Shown: in pieces, positions 37,346-51,619 of the stretch
Layout of the letters: each line of letters opens with the position of its first letter
Numbering within the stretch: the stretch's first letter is position 1
Origin: Vicugna vicugna
Taxonomy: Eukaryota
DNA length: 64,000 nt
Direction: 5' to 3'
Assembly: GCA_013265495.1 (NCBI GenBank)
Contig: MU058221.1
Span: 4,094,001 to 4,158,000, forward strand
Program-made: the position numbers and the translations under genes
The notes under the pieces: generated by a model
What the model was told of the DNA's origin: nothing
The model's database searches: none
Seen by the model: the letters and a program-made list of their open reading frames with translations, nothing else

Positions 37346-39529
37346 TTAGTAAATGAGATAATAAATAAAGTTCAGGCCAACAGGCTGTCAACATAGTATG
37401 ATCCACATCTCTAAAAGGGAGTCTGATGAAAGTAAGGCAGAGCTTTTCCATGTCTGAAAAGGGGTGGAGAATTCCACAACTTCACTAATGCAAGGCTTGG
37501 AGCCCGAAGAACCAGCAGAATCCAAATGGTTATGTTCGGCCGTGACGACTCAGCTGCCAGTGTTAGGATGTTTGATGGGAGCCTAGCAAACAGCTTCTGT
37601 CCAAGGTAGACACAGACGCCAGACCCTGGGGCAGAGACTTGACTTATGAATATGGGTCAAATGTTCCAGAAGCCAGAACTCAGTTTCTGACAGTTCCTGC
37701 TTTTCCTTTTCTACATCTTTGAACCACATAATCAATAGCTACTTCCTTGAATGAGTTATATTTATTCTGAGTGACTTTTCAAGGATTGGAATGAAAGTAA
37801 AAAATATAAATATAGTTAAGAGTAGAAGCCAGATTTTGGTAAGAACATGACTCGGTTGATAATAGAACATCCAACTAATGGCATATTATTTTAAAATACA
37901 TACGAAGAGTTTATAGTAAATGTTCCAACCATAAAGTTACATATTATAAAAATTTATGAAATGGTGAATGTACTGTAATCTGAACCATCCCTCGAAAAAG
38001 TATGATATGTCAAAAATTTAATAAATAAGGGTAGTGAATCCAGGGATGGTTTATTTTGTTCCTTCTAGTTTTCTAGTATTATCTAAATGGTGTATAATGA
38101 GTATAAAATAATATTAGAATGAAAAAATTACTCTAGTCAGTTGCATATTTTAAATTGTGTTTTTGTAGTTTTTTTTAGTTATTAATAATTAATATTGATC
38201 CAGTGAGCCCTAGATTTTGTTTTAAAACCTGTGTAAGTTCCTCAGATTTTTTTTTTTTTTTACAGAGTGTGTATGTGACCATTGTGTCTGCGTTCAGTTA
38301 GTCTATAAAGGGACTGATCACACCACCATGATGCAATGGTATCGGCATTGCTCTTATTAAATTTTCCACGTCAGAAACAGGATCTAGGGTCTTGGGAAAA
38401 TGAGTCATCAGCAGGTGTCGGACAGATATTTGTTAAGTGAAGGGAGGAAAGATGAAGGTAATAAAGATGAAAGGTTGAGAGAAAATCATTCTGTTTTACA
38501 AAAGATTCTGACAGGAAATTCTTGGATTATTTATTGTTATCCAGGATATCATTAGTGTGGGGCGAAAATGTACTTACTAACTAATAAATGCGTTTTATTA
38601 GAATTTTAGGGCAGACAACAAGGAGGCCAAGGGACAGTGTGGATAACGAAGTACGTGGGCTAATCACTAAATCACTGTGAGATCTTTGGCAATTCATTTT
38701 TACTCTCTTTAACTCAGAGTTCTTGTTTAGTATAATGTTGGCAATTGACTAAAGAACCTCTAAATTCTCTCCTTCACTTTGGCCTTGTGTCCCATGAATC
38801 TGTTCTACTCTCTGGCACATTTACGGTGGCAGATCTTTCAAATATCGGTATGGATATTCTAAAAAGCGAGGTTCCCCTAATTTATTGAATTTGGTAAAAA
38901 GCCTAAAAGGGCTAAAATTATATTTAACAAATTAGATTTTCAGCAAAGAAAAAGTGAGTTGCTGCCATAAATTCTGGAAATTGCTATCCCCGTCTGTTAT
39001 GATATATTGCTTGCTGTACGATTGCAGGGGTCTGGGAAGAGGGAGAATTCAAACTCTGTGTTCCAGTGACTATGTCAAGGTCTTTGTATATATCAGTGCA
39101 TTCAGTTATCTCACATTAAACATGACTTTATGTATGTGTGCATCTATATTTATGTGCACATACATACATAAATTTTAGCGTCCCGAAGGAAGAAATCGAG
39201 GCTCCAAAAGACTGACTATTAGAGAATATTTTTGAAGTGTAGAGCTTTCTGATCCCCAGATGTAAATGATCCCCCTCCTAGATTTTAACCTCCTTGAAGA
39301 CAGACTCTACATTTTATTTCCCTTTATAATCCCTACCTTGTGCCTTACTCTCAACATCAAGTTAAAACCCTTACACGTCAAAGAAGCCAGTAAGAATAAT
39401 CTCACATGCCTTCCAGGAGAGTAGGTGCCATCAGGGAGGGAGTTTCTGGATTACAATTCTAATAAAGTAGGAGGGATAAACTCCACTTTGAGCTGACGTT
39501 CAATGGATGCATGAGGAGATGCGCTATTC

Positions 39530-39970
39530 AAAGAACAGAGCAAGAAGCACTTCAGGAAGGGAGGACAGCAAATTAAGGTGGGCAATATCTTGAAATATTC
39601 CAAGAGATGGAAGAGTAATGCGTTTGGTTGAAACATAGTGACTTAGGGGCATGTGATCGGGAGGGAGGGACGGTGGGGACAGTGCAGTTTGAGATAACAT
39701 TGGAGAATGAGGCAAGGGCCAAGCCGATAAGGTCTTGAAAGGAGTTGGATTTCATTCTAAGATAAAGGGAAAAGCCTTTAATTTTTACGAGTTGATTTGA
39801 TTTGTGAAAGGGTAACTATGAATGTCGAATGGAAAATGGATTACAGGAATGCCGACGCTGAGAGCTAAGAGGGCATGAAGGCTAATACAGCAATTCCAGT
39901 GATGGATCATAGAGCCTTGATCACGGCGTGATGAAAAAGAGCAGGGATGACATGCTAGATGGCGCGTGGG
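39530..39970 (-). mobile_element. L2 fragment
   Basis: Purine-rich antisense L2 motifs (aggagttggatttcattctaag, gatttgatttgtg, aggctaatacagcaattccagtga). Confidence 0.6.
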
Positions 39971-41782
39971 GGTCAGGAATGATGAGCCGAGCTATTGTTT
40001 ATGTTTTGGAAATAGGAGCTTCCTAGAAAATTTGGTATGCTGATGGAAATAATCAAGCAGAGAGGAAAAAAATGATGGTGCAGAAGAGGGAAGGTTTATC
40101 TAAAGCAATCGATCGTTTTGATGAATGTCCCTTATGACCACAGAACAGCCACTGCTTCTCTAGGAGTGAAAGTGTGTTTAGTAAAACCTTTATCAAAGCA
40201 TGATCACCTCAAAATAAAAATGAGAGGCACCCAGGGAGCAGGAGCTGAACGTGAGACTCCAAGGAGGAGAGAACAGAGAGTGAGATGAAAGAAGGCCAGA
40301 AGGATGGCAAAAAAGCCTCAACTTCTCTGCGCATTCTCTCTTGAAATTACAGCCACAGAATCAGCCCACTTGAACTGAGTCATGCTAATGAAATTATTTT
40401 GTTCGAAATTATTCCAGGAAGAAAAATTCAGCACATTTGACCCTTAGGCAACACGCTTCTGACCACCCCACTAACGCTTCCCTCCGTCCAGCAGACCCCA
40501 AAATCAGTCTCCTTTGCTCCCGTGAAGAAACAAGCCGAGACACCCTTCTCTGTAATGCACATTTAGTAGGGGTTCCCCAGCTCAACCTTGCGTGGGCCAA
40601 TTGGGGATTAACACCTGACGATCTAGTTAAAGAAAAGGAGATTCTCAGTTTCTCGTTGTTGACTAATGATGAGATGATGTGAAGATCAGACCCGAATCAA
40701 ACCTGCTTTCAGTGGGAGACACAGCAAACTGCAATACGGCTGACACACCATTAACAGGAATGGACTCTGCTGACCCTGCTAATGTGAATGCCACTAAAAT
40801 GCGAGACACAGGACCACACAGACTTAACTAAAAGCATCTCCCAAACTGATCTCTGCTCGGATAGTTCAAATATGAGCTTTCCAAGGAGCACAGATGGCGC
40901 CCTACTGCACAAAGTATTCCGTTCATGTCACAAGCCCATAAAATATTATTTTAAGTGTGTGACATTCTAGAGTGAAGCAAGGAAAAGTTGCCTACAATGG
41001 CTGTGGAACACTCATATATTGCTTTAGCTGTTCCCAAATTCACATTATTTTATTTCCTGATGTGTGAGGCACATCACGCAAGACTAATCACCACTACCAG
41101 TGATTTGCCCTCCAGTGTCCTCCGACCATAAACTATTTGATGTATCTAATTCAATAAAACTGTCTTTGGCTCCCTGATGAACGATTGCGTTGGAAAATGA
41201 ATTATTCCGAAACATTTGCCAAACTGGCAGTTTCTATGGCTGTCCATGACTGCATTACGGAGACTGATGGATCATGGAAATAATTCAGGATGGAGAAGGG
41301 ACGGAAGTGAGTAGACTCATTGCCTCAGATGCAAATGCTTCCTCCTTCTCTCACCTTGTCCTGCGCTTTCCTGAGTGCGCCGAGGAGGAGGGGGAGATGG
41401 TCTGACGTTATCATTTGACAGCCATCAAAAAGGAATGCCACTGTGGTAGACACAGTTTGGCTTCCTAAAAATAACCTCCAGCCCTGTGTTCTCCAGTAGT
41501 CTCCTGCAAGAAAGTCTTCAAAAGCCATGTAGCTTTTGTGGCTGCTCCAGGGGTCATGTTATCCAGTTTGGGTTAATGAGACAAACAGATGATCGCTGGG
41601 GTTTTCTGGGAAAGGCTTTTATCTTCCTGATAAAGAGATCTCTGCTCTTATCCAGGTTTTTCTGTTACATCTTAAATGTTTCAACCATGTATTTTATTGG
41701 GACAACTTGTAATTCTCTCAGGATTGTCTGAAACCCAGGCAACGACTAAATTGCTTTATCTAATGCAAAAAGTTTTTCACAG

Positions 41783-41947
41783 CACAGGGGACTATATTCA
41801 ATATCTTGTAGTAACTTATGGGTGAAAAAGAATATGAAAACGAATATATGTACATTCATGTATGACTGGAGAATTGTGCTGTACATCAAAAATTGACACA
41901 TTGTAAACTGACTATACTTCAATAAAAAATAATAAATAAATATTTTT
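41783..41947 (+). mobile_element. 5'-truncated L1 3' UTR with TSD
   Basis: cacaggggactatattcaatatcttgtag...gactatacttcaataaaaaa. Imperfect TSD aaaaagtttttcacag (41767-41782) / aaaaaatttttcaaag (41948-41963). Confidence 0.9.
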
Positions 41948-43619
41948 AAAAAATTTTTCAAAGTCAGGAAGACTTGCATTTAAACCTCAGCTATGTCATG
42001 CACTCTCTCTTCTATTTTAGACATATTTCTTAAGCTCTGTATATCTCCATTTTCTGACCTCTAAAATATAATCCTCCCCCATTGAGATTCATATTGGTTT
42101 TGGTTTTTTTTTTAATGTATTAAGAAAACAAATTGCATAAATGGATTTCCCAAATTGGAACCAACCCCATATTTCTAAAAGAACTCTGACTTGGCTGGCT
42201 TGTGTAATTTATAAATATGCTCATATAATCAGTTTGCTAATATTTAATAATAATATTTTCATCTACATTTCTAAATGATGTGGTGTTACTTTTGTCAAAT
42301 TTTGGAGTTAAGCCAAAGATTGGGAAATTTGAAGTTTTTCATGGTTTCCTAAGCTCTGAAAAAAATTAAACAACCTAGAAAATCTCATTTCCTTGAAGAT
42401 GTTATGCAAATGAGCATCTTCAAATGATCAGTAAAACCCTAGGCTTAGTGTTAGGTGGGAAGTTAATATTTTTTTATCAACCCCTCCCCACGGTTAATGA
42501 CCTACTCAGGGTTTTCATATTTCCTTGTGACAATATTCATCATTTACATTTTCTTGAAAAATCATCCATCTCTTCTCAACTTTAAAAAAACCACAAAGAT
42601 TTGGAATTGCACATTGAATTCTGCTGTGTTTCAGATCCTTCTGCATTCGATTTTGTATTTTTATAAATAAAACCCATATTATTGATTCTTTTGTTTTAAA
42701 TTAAACAAGGACGTAGTGTGTGTTCTATGTAAAAATTCGTTTCAAAGAACCGTTCTTAATTTTAAGTTGCTTTTTTAAACGTTTTTCCTTAGCACATTCT
42801 TCTTTTTCTTTTTTGTTTTTTAGTATACCATTCTTATTGTATTTTGCCTTATTGTCTCCTTGAGTCAAACGCTGGCGTTGCTTCTCTGAATTAGTTACCC
42901 ACAAGCTATTCACCACTCACTTTTCCCTCGCCCTCCTCCACTGTAGTTGTTATAAAGACAAAATACTCCACCTCACCTGCCTTGCCTCCAGAGATAATTC
43001 TGCCCAGTGGTTGTCATGGTTTTCAGCTCTTTCCTCATTGTCCTGCCCCCTTTTTTTCCCACCTTGAAAACAGATCTTATAATTGGAAATACCACAGCAA
43101 TGGATCTTGCGAAAGGAAGCCAAATGCTAAGAATGGCAAGGAAGATAAAAAGCAAAACTTACACGTATATACACTACATACACAGATGACACTGCCAGTC
43201 GGTCACAAAGGTCTAGGTAGTTTCATCCTAACAATACATACATTGTTGCATTGTATGAAAGCCAGGGTAATTTGTGTTTTCTTTGGCTTCCTGCTGGACA
43301 CATTTCTGACGCTTAATTTGTATTATTTGATCTGCTAGCATATATTGAATTCATCTATAACTGCCACTGATCACATATACGTGTTGTATACCGGTTATTC
43401 TAAATAGTCTGCATTGTTTTACTATCATTTTTGTTTTCTCCTTTTACCCTGAACATATTTATAAATGTTTCCTTTTGTTGCTCTGCTGGCATATCTTTAA
43501 TTTCCAGATAGATTTTACATTTTGTATATTTTTTTTCTATTTTAGGATATAGAATGCTACTGTCTGCAATTTCTGCCCATTGCCTCAAATTCACTCCAAT
43601 TATCAGTACATCTTTATTG

Positions 43620-44215
43620 CTTCTTAAAACTTTCCCTTGTGAATATTACCAACATGACAAAATCAATAATGATCTGTTCTTGTGCCTTTCAAATTCTCAG
43701 TATTATTTGATACATTTTTACCACTTCCTCCTTGAAAAATTATCTCTATTTGAAGATCAGGACATTAGTATCTCTTTTTCTTTTGGGGGGTCATTTGTCT
43801 CTCTTTTTCAGTCTCTTCTGCTGGTTTCTCCTGTGCTTAACTATTGAAGTTGGAATACATGGAGTTTAGTCCTTAGACATAGCCCAATGTATACACACCC
43901 TCTGGGTCACATAATTAAATCACATGGCCTTAAATGCCATTTACATGCTGACAACTTACACATTTTACCTGTGGCTGTGACACTACCCTTGATACCAGAT
44001 TTGTATGTCTGACTACCTATTTGGCATCTCCACCTGAATAGCTAATAAATATCGCAAACTTCATATGTCAAAATACACCCTGGGTTTCCTCTGCCTAAGC
44101 ACACCTCCCATAGTGTTTCCTATTTCCATAACAAATCCATCCTTCTAATCATCCAAGTCACAGAACCTGGCATCCTTCCTAACTTTGCTTGTTCTCTCAC
44201 AACCATCAGCAAAGC
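43620..44215 (+). mobile_element. L2 fragment
   Basis: cacatggccttaaatgccatttacatgctgacaact...ctgactacctatttggcatctccacctgaatagctaat...aaacttcatatgtcaaaa. Confidence 0.75.
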
Positions 44216-45072
44216 TTATCACTCTGTCTATCAGCAAAGTAACCTTTATTTTATTACTTATCCTCGAGTAATTTACAATTCTTGGGGTTTTTTTTTTGAG
44301 TGATTACATTTTTAAACCTTTCCTTGCATGCTAAGAAAAAATGTGCACGTCTAGCTGTCCTTTATGATTGGATTACCACATTCTGTTGATTCTTACTTTA
44401 CGGTTGGCTTTATTCCTTCGATAATGATGTAAGTTTAAAAAGCTGTGGCTCTAATCTGTTCTTAGAAACAATGATCAGTACATATGTGTAAACTAAAAAA
44501 AGTGCAGTATATTGTGTATACGTATTTACATGCAATATAATGTGTACATGAAGTCGTCAAACTGTAATAATTCTACCTAATAAAACTGAAAAAAAATATG
44601 CATACATTCCGTAAATAAAGCGAGGTGACTTGCTGTTCAGTTTTGATTTATGTTAATCACACATCAGACCAGACTGATCTCTAGAGATAGCATGATCAAT
44701 GAAGGTCTGAGCTGAGACCTAAATTAGCGACAGGATCCAGGTTGCAAAAGTCTGGGGAAAGAAGATCCCAGGCAAAGGGATAAATGCAACATTTCTTGGT
44801 TGAGAATGAATTTAGCAACGCTGTGTACACGGAAGTGGGCCGTCTTCATGAGAGCCTGAGAAATCAAGGCAGAGTGGAGAGAAATAATGGCTGAAATTTA
44901 AAATCCTGTGAGTCAGAAAACAGAGTTTGAAAAACATTTCCACCGGGTATAGAATTTCCAGTTGACAGAGTTTTCTTTGCTGTTGTCTGTTTCTGTCTAG
45001 AGTTCAGAGCTTTCTGACTCATCTTGCTTTCAGAGAGGCATCTGAAATCACTCACCCGTTCTTTAGCATAGA

Positions 45073-45098
45073 ATGTGTGTGTGTGTGTGTGTGTGTGT
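45073..45098 (+). repeat. (TG)n microsatellite
   Basis: Pure TG run. Confidence 0.95.
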
Positions 45099-45689
45099 AT
45101 TTCCCTCTGGCTGCTTGGATAATTTTATCTTTGTTACTAATTCTAAGCATTATTATTGAAATATGCCTTGCTCTAATTTCTTCGTATCTTCTACCGCCCA
45201 TCTCACGGGTGACCACTGAGAAAAACAGACACTGGACATCCTCCCTAAGAGGCCACTCAGTTCCTATAATGGGCTTGGCTTCGCCATCAGAACAGGGAAC
45301 ACCTGTCAGAGCTCTCTGAGGATATGGTGTATGTTACAGATCGTTAAACTCCTAACCTCACCACTTCCTTTCTAAATGAGTGTATTTTTCTTTTCTTTTT
45401 AATTACGGTTGTTTTTACTCCCCATCTGGTCTAGGCATAGGGAAATGAAGTAAGCACATCACCCAAAGATCTTGGAAATGGATTTGCATGCAAATGGTAC
45501 TGTCTCTTTGAGAAGATGAGGTGAGTAGACTTTTAGTGGTGTGTGAAACAGTTACAGCATGTCAGTTGTGTTATTTTGAAATGAGTCATGTGAAAACAAA
45601 CGCATGTGGTCTTCGTGTTACCCAGGCGTGGAATGTACTGGAAGCTGGTACTGTCATCTGCCCGGGAAGCTTTCTCCCTTCGCCTGATA

Positions 45690-46155
45690 ACAGTGCCTTA
45701 ATCTTCCACTACAGAATGGCCATTACTTCACTTTCATTTCCTGGGGTGTGGATGGGCCAGATCCTTCCCCCATACCCAGAGCCGGGGGTGATGGCGGCTT
45801 GACTATCCTTCCACTGGGTACAATGGGTATGTGACCCAATGGAAATATAAGACCTCAGGCAAGGACGGTTTCTACTGGAATTATTAGAGAAACAGCTAGC
45901 TTTTAACTTCGTTGCTGAGGAGAGTAACCTTTGAAAAGAATCTGCACAAGGATGAAGACAGTATGGAAAACCTTGAGAAGGAGAGCTGAGAATGCCTTGC
46001 ATCCTTAAGACATTATTTGAGCATTTAGACCTAGTTTTGACCACAATTGGTCTTCTTTGGAGTTAAAAGTAGGGCTAGCCAATAAATTTTCTATTTAGTT
46101 TAAGTTTTATAAAGATTTACAATAAAATGCAACCAAAAAAGTCTTGACTACCATG
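45690..46155 (+). mobile_element. Old MaLR (MLT1J/K-like) LTR
   Basis: gggtatgtgacccaat...gccaataaattttctatttagtttaag...tgcaaccaaaaaagtcttgacta. Confidence 0.6.
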
Positions 46156-49100
46156 CTAGCTCACTGTTATTTCTTACACCATGAACTCTGTATTTTCCAT
46201 CGTTTTGAATATAGCTAGAAGAGGGTTCTAAGAGTATTTCTTTTTTGGAGATTTTAAAAAAATAGATGTGTATTTTTCCTCATTTTTAGAATTCATATTC
46301 TGCTCTTTGTGAACGCAGATTTTTTTTTTTTTGATTCATACAAGGCTTCTCTTCTCTTGCTCACCCACTCTCTCTCTCTCTCTCACTTTCTCAAATCATT
46401 CTTACTTGGGTTACGCCTTTCCTGGCAAAATTAAGTGGCTGTGTTCTCCTGGGGTGCCCTCCCTTTCTCTTTGGTTGCTATAAAAACACTCTTCTCACAT
46501 CTCAAATAGGTGGGCTGGCTGTTAGAGATTTCAGTGAGCAGCTCAGTGATCCAGTAGCCGAAGGGAAGCCAGGAGAGAGCCAGGGCCCCAGTAAATGCCA
46601 GAAATAACACCCTTCCTCCTATAGTTTCTTGTCTGCTGTTGATAAAAGAACTGCACTCGGGGCCAAACATCCAGCTTCTCATTTGGCCTCTGCGCCATGC
46701 CAAGTACGCGTTTTGGCAACGCCAACAGATTCCCACCGATGCCGCCTGCCTGCTCAGCGACTGTTTCCAGGTGCGTGGACTGGGCTTCGCTCCTTCTCTC
46801 ACCACAGGAAACCCCGGTTTTTCCAACGCGACTACTTTCTGATGTTGCCACAGAGACGTGTTCGAGCGCTGGGAGCTTCCCTTGTCTTTTCCTGCCTAGG
46901 GCTCCGCTTCTTCCCCTAGTTTTGAAGAGGAGAGCTTCAGAACGGGACCCTTCCCCTCTACCCCTGGTCATACTGTACGTCAGTGTCAACCCTTGATACC
47001 GTCTTTCCATAGTGTCCCAGTAACGTTGCATTTAACAGAAAACGTTTCCAACGGGTTCTACGTGGAAAACATCCTTATGTCATCCTCAACACAATTTCAG
47101 AACAACCCTCCATTTATAAATTTGGTTTTTCAGTTTGGTAGGTGACACCACTGGGTCTATTTTAAAATTTGTATCTGAGTTCATAGCATGTCTAGACATT
47201 TCAATTCACAAACAAAACGTTATTAAGCACTAGAGAATAACACTGTGTTCTGAATTCACTAATTTTTAATAACTTCGAATGATTGTTTTGCTTTCATTAA
47301 ATTGGCCATCAGATCTGTTACTAAATTGCCTCTCTGATTTAGGCGCTGACTTCTAATCTTGTTGAAATGATGTTAGTCTTGCCTTGTCTCACCTGCAAAC
47401 AATTGCAATTTTCTTCAAACTGTTTCTGTTATGAAATTGTATCCCAAGGTCCCTGCCAGAATAACTTCATTAAATACACCTTTCATCAATATAACAATTG
47501 CCTTTCTCAGGTATCTTCAATGATCCATTCTTCTCCATAAAACAAAAACCTTTTATTTTATTAACTTCTCTAACCTCTTCCAAAGTTTTTTTGTGTGCAA
47601 GTAAAACGCTGAAAAGATTGCAAAATTTTATTCTTCCCTAGTAATCTTAAAGGAGAAGAAAAGGAATCGGTACACTAAAATCTCAAATAGAATCTGGATG
47701 CTTAAAAATTCTGCAGAATGTAGCCAGCTTCCATTGATTGGGTTGTGCATTTTCTCTATAATCTCTCTCTTAGAATGTTGACCCTCTGCTTTTGAGAATG
47801 ACAATGTTTTATTTATACTTCAATTTCCCCAGCTGCAAAATGGTGCAATATTCCCTCTCTGTCAATTGCTGCTTCTTTTCTTTCAACACACAACACTCGG
47901 TTTTACTACCTGTTACTTTGTGAAGGCTTTCATTCTCACTGCAGGAAGGCTGCAAGGATCTGTTATCTCAGCTCCATTTCACTGTAACCCTCTGTCTTTA
48001 ACGCCATCATATCATGTACCGCATTGTAGGTTTCTGTTGATTTATTTGGACTTCCCCACAAACTTGAATTCAGGGTGTCTTTTATCTGCATCCACCCTAA
48101 ACATTAGAGTTCCTGGTAACAGGTGTGTGTTGAATGAAGACCAAAAGGGAGAAATTAAGTAACTGCTTTGCATTTGCAGTCTGACTAGTGAGACAATGAA
48201 ACTGAGTGGAAAGTAAAGAGAAAAACAATGTAATAATTGTAAAATATCCCCCCAAAAATGAGTTTAAGTCTTGGCACAGTCTCTATTACAGCCTTGATTG
48301 TTAAACACTATTGAACCATTGTTTCAATGGTTTTCAGCTCAGCTAAACTGGAAGAGAGATCAGGTGATCCTGGAAAATATGAATGTATAGACATCACCAG
48401 GGATGAAAAGAAATTGACATCAATTCCAGAACAAAAAAAGCCCAATCAGAAATGGAAATGTGCACAGTGGAATTTTTTTTTTTTAGCACTGGAACAGTGT
48501 CCAAGGAATCAGTAATAGATATGAAGTTGATGTGTTTAGAACCACAGAGGACTGGCAAGGGTCAGAGACCACTGAGCTACGGGAGACCAATGTGAGGGAG
48601 CCAATGACTATTTAAGGTATGTTCTCACTTCTACAAAAAAGAGGAAGCAGCATTATCTGCAATCAACGCAGGAACAATGACAGCTTCGCAGGAGTGAACC
48701 TAATCAGCTGGAGGTGGTCGTGAAACACAGCGATCAAGCTAATAAATCCTCGGAAACTCTAAGGGCTCGGATGAGATGGAAAAGGGGGTGCATGGGGCTG
48801 GTCCGGCACATGGCGGTGAAATCAGGAGGCTGAAGGAGAATCAGATCAGAGTGCGGCAGAAACGCCACTGGCTTCCAAACAAATAAAGGCAAAGGCAAAG
48901 AAAACCAGAGATGAATTAACATGCGTCCTGAGATTCAGAGTTCCAAGGGTCCACGCTGACTAGGGTTTTGGTTCTGTTGTATCGATAGTATCCCGTGTGA
49001 TTTCGACCAGTCCATGGCCTTCTTTGCTCGTGGGTATTTCGATCTACAAAATTACAACGTCTGACTGCGTGACAGCTAAACCTTAACTACATGGCAGTTT

Positions 49101-51619
49101 TGCTGGTCTGCCGACTCCTCGGGACCCTGACGCCATGCTTTTCCCAATTTCTATGGGCGCCACACCCAACGGCACTTCCTGGCACATGGTGGGTGTTGAG
49201 CAAGGGTTATCAAGTGGAGGATATGACAGCAAATCACTTTTATTCCCCATAGCTGGAAGTTAATAGCCATAAAGTTACCTGTACGACTGACCCTCTGCTT
49301 CGCGTGGTTTAAGGGGAAACGGGAAACCCCCCCTCCCCTCAACTAAGAGCTCAGAAAAGCTCCTTGAGCAGCTGGGGGTCGGAGGGTTTGGCTGGCAATA
49401 TCTGAACCCAGTGACCACATAAAGAAACTTAGTGCGCCAGCACTCTGCAGTTGGTAAGCAGACGTCACTCTGGTAGGTAACATACGTTGATATAAGGGGT
49501 TCAGTTGAAAGGTAATACTGCTTTTTGCTCGGCATGTCTGTAGGGGCTTAGGGGAGCTGAAAGCAGGAAAAAGAAGGTCCACCTTAGGCCTTGATCCTAA
49601 GCAGTGTCTTATTCTTAGTTTTACCAAACAGCCCAGAATTCGTTTTTATCTTTTTATACAGCTATCAATAAAATGGTTCCCAAAGTTCCACTCTGCAATT
49701 GGCCTGCAACTGCCTCTCAGCCATGTAATACCATCCAAAGTTTCGCTTAACTTCATGTGAACGTTAAACTTTTAAACCTTGCTTTACCTTCGAATTTCAA
49801 TGTAATAATACACAGTATCATGCACGGTGCCCAATACTTAGTAGGCACTCAATAAATGGTAACTACGATTATGAAGGGTTATAGAATTATCCAATTTTTT
49901 TTTCAAAAAAGGAAATGAAATTTCGCAGAAATTAGGAGATACACTTCACGTTACTAACGTTCTCGCTTCTCCACAACTGGTCTATGTTGGCATTAGTGGT
50001 TTTATTACCGAACAGCACACAAAATGAAAAATGTCTTTTACGTATCTTGATAAACTTCACCAATAATTTTTATGTTGGTATTTGGTGAGGCTAAAAAGTT
50101 GTATCAGTCGCAAAGCTTACATTAACACCAACCTTTCCACCACCAGACCTCACGGTAAATTTCAGACTGAATTCCACAGAAGGCCAGGCAAATAAACTAC
50201 CATCCGTCCTCCTTTTGAGTTCTATAAAGAAGGCCCCACCTTTCGTGGGAAGGTGGGCGGAGGAATCTGAATGGCATCTTGGTTGGTGGAAAAGGGCGTG
50301 ACCTGGATGTTTGCACATGACCCTTTGTAAGTGGCCCCCTTGCCACTTCACTGTCTTTTCTAACACATCCTACACAGATCTGCAAGATTAATCTCCCCAG
50401 TCACAGTTTGTGCCATGAATCTATCTGCCCAAAACCTTCAGTAGCTCTGCAGGGCAGAGAGAATAATCTGTTAACTCATAAAATTAAAGACCGACTCTTG
50501 AGTTAACCACCCTCGGGGGTCTATCCATCTCACCACTTATCTGACCTGCAGATCTGTAACGGTGATTATCCCATTGTCTGGCCTCCTCTGAAACACTCTG
50601 AAGGGCGGGAAACCTAACACCAACTCTATTCACACCCTATTCTGTTCCTTAGAACATCCTCCTATTTGTTAAAACAATCTGCCTCATGGCTGCTGCTGGA
50701 GAGTCAGACGAAGTAATTCAAAAATTTTTCATATAAAACAGATCACCATTTTGGACCCCACAGACCTTCCAAACTTCTCTCCTTTTAATTCAGCCATTTC
50801 TCCAGTCGGCTTTTACTTCTGCAGTCTTTAGTCACACTTCAAAACTCGCTGTAACATGGCTCTTCCCATAATCTTCTAGCTCCTTCTTTCACCGAGAAGC
50901 ACTTTTCTGTCTCCTGCGATTAGGGCCCTTCCCTTTATTGACTGCTCTCCTACGCCGCTTATTACCTGACACTTTCACTTATCGAAATATTTTACAGAAT
51001 TTGATCCACGCAACAGTATTCTCACAAGGTGTCCACAGGAGTTGGTTGGGGGAAATATACACAGAACAATAGACATTCATCTCCTACCCATGAAATGGAT
51101 GCTGGTTACATAGGCCCCTGCGAGTACTCAGAGGAGGAGTTTCAATTTGTGAATTTTCACGTATGGCGTGTATTATTTTTTCCAAACTAATTTGACCATA
51201 GAACTCTGGGTTTCAGAAAACTGATTTCTCGTGGCAGTTTCTTTGGGCTTTGTTGACTAATCGTTATTTATAACAAGCTCTTATCTCTCTTACGGAAATA
51301 AGAAATTCTTCATGGCCTGGTACATGTCGTGCATACATCTTTGTTACTGCCACAGTGACTTTCACGCTGCCAAGTATATGGTAGGTATCAAAAAATGTTT
51401 GAATAATCAAGTGAATTAATGAATCAATAGGCTACAAATGAATTTTCCATCCTTGTTGAGTTCTGGTAGAGTTATCATAGTTTCCTTCTTGTTACAAAAT
51501 AGTTTTATGGATCTAAAATTAATCTTTCTCTTTCTAATCTTATCTTCTTTTGCAATTTTCTTCTTGTTCTTTTATTTCCATTGATTTCTTTTTATTTATC
51601 ACCCTTTTACATACAACAA

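Noticed and set aside
40660..40750. Possible C/D-box snoRNA (ATGATGA ... CTGA about 78 nt apart)
   Set aside because: No terminal stem, no internal C'/D' boxes and no recognisable rRNA-complementary guide.
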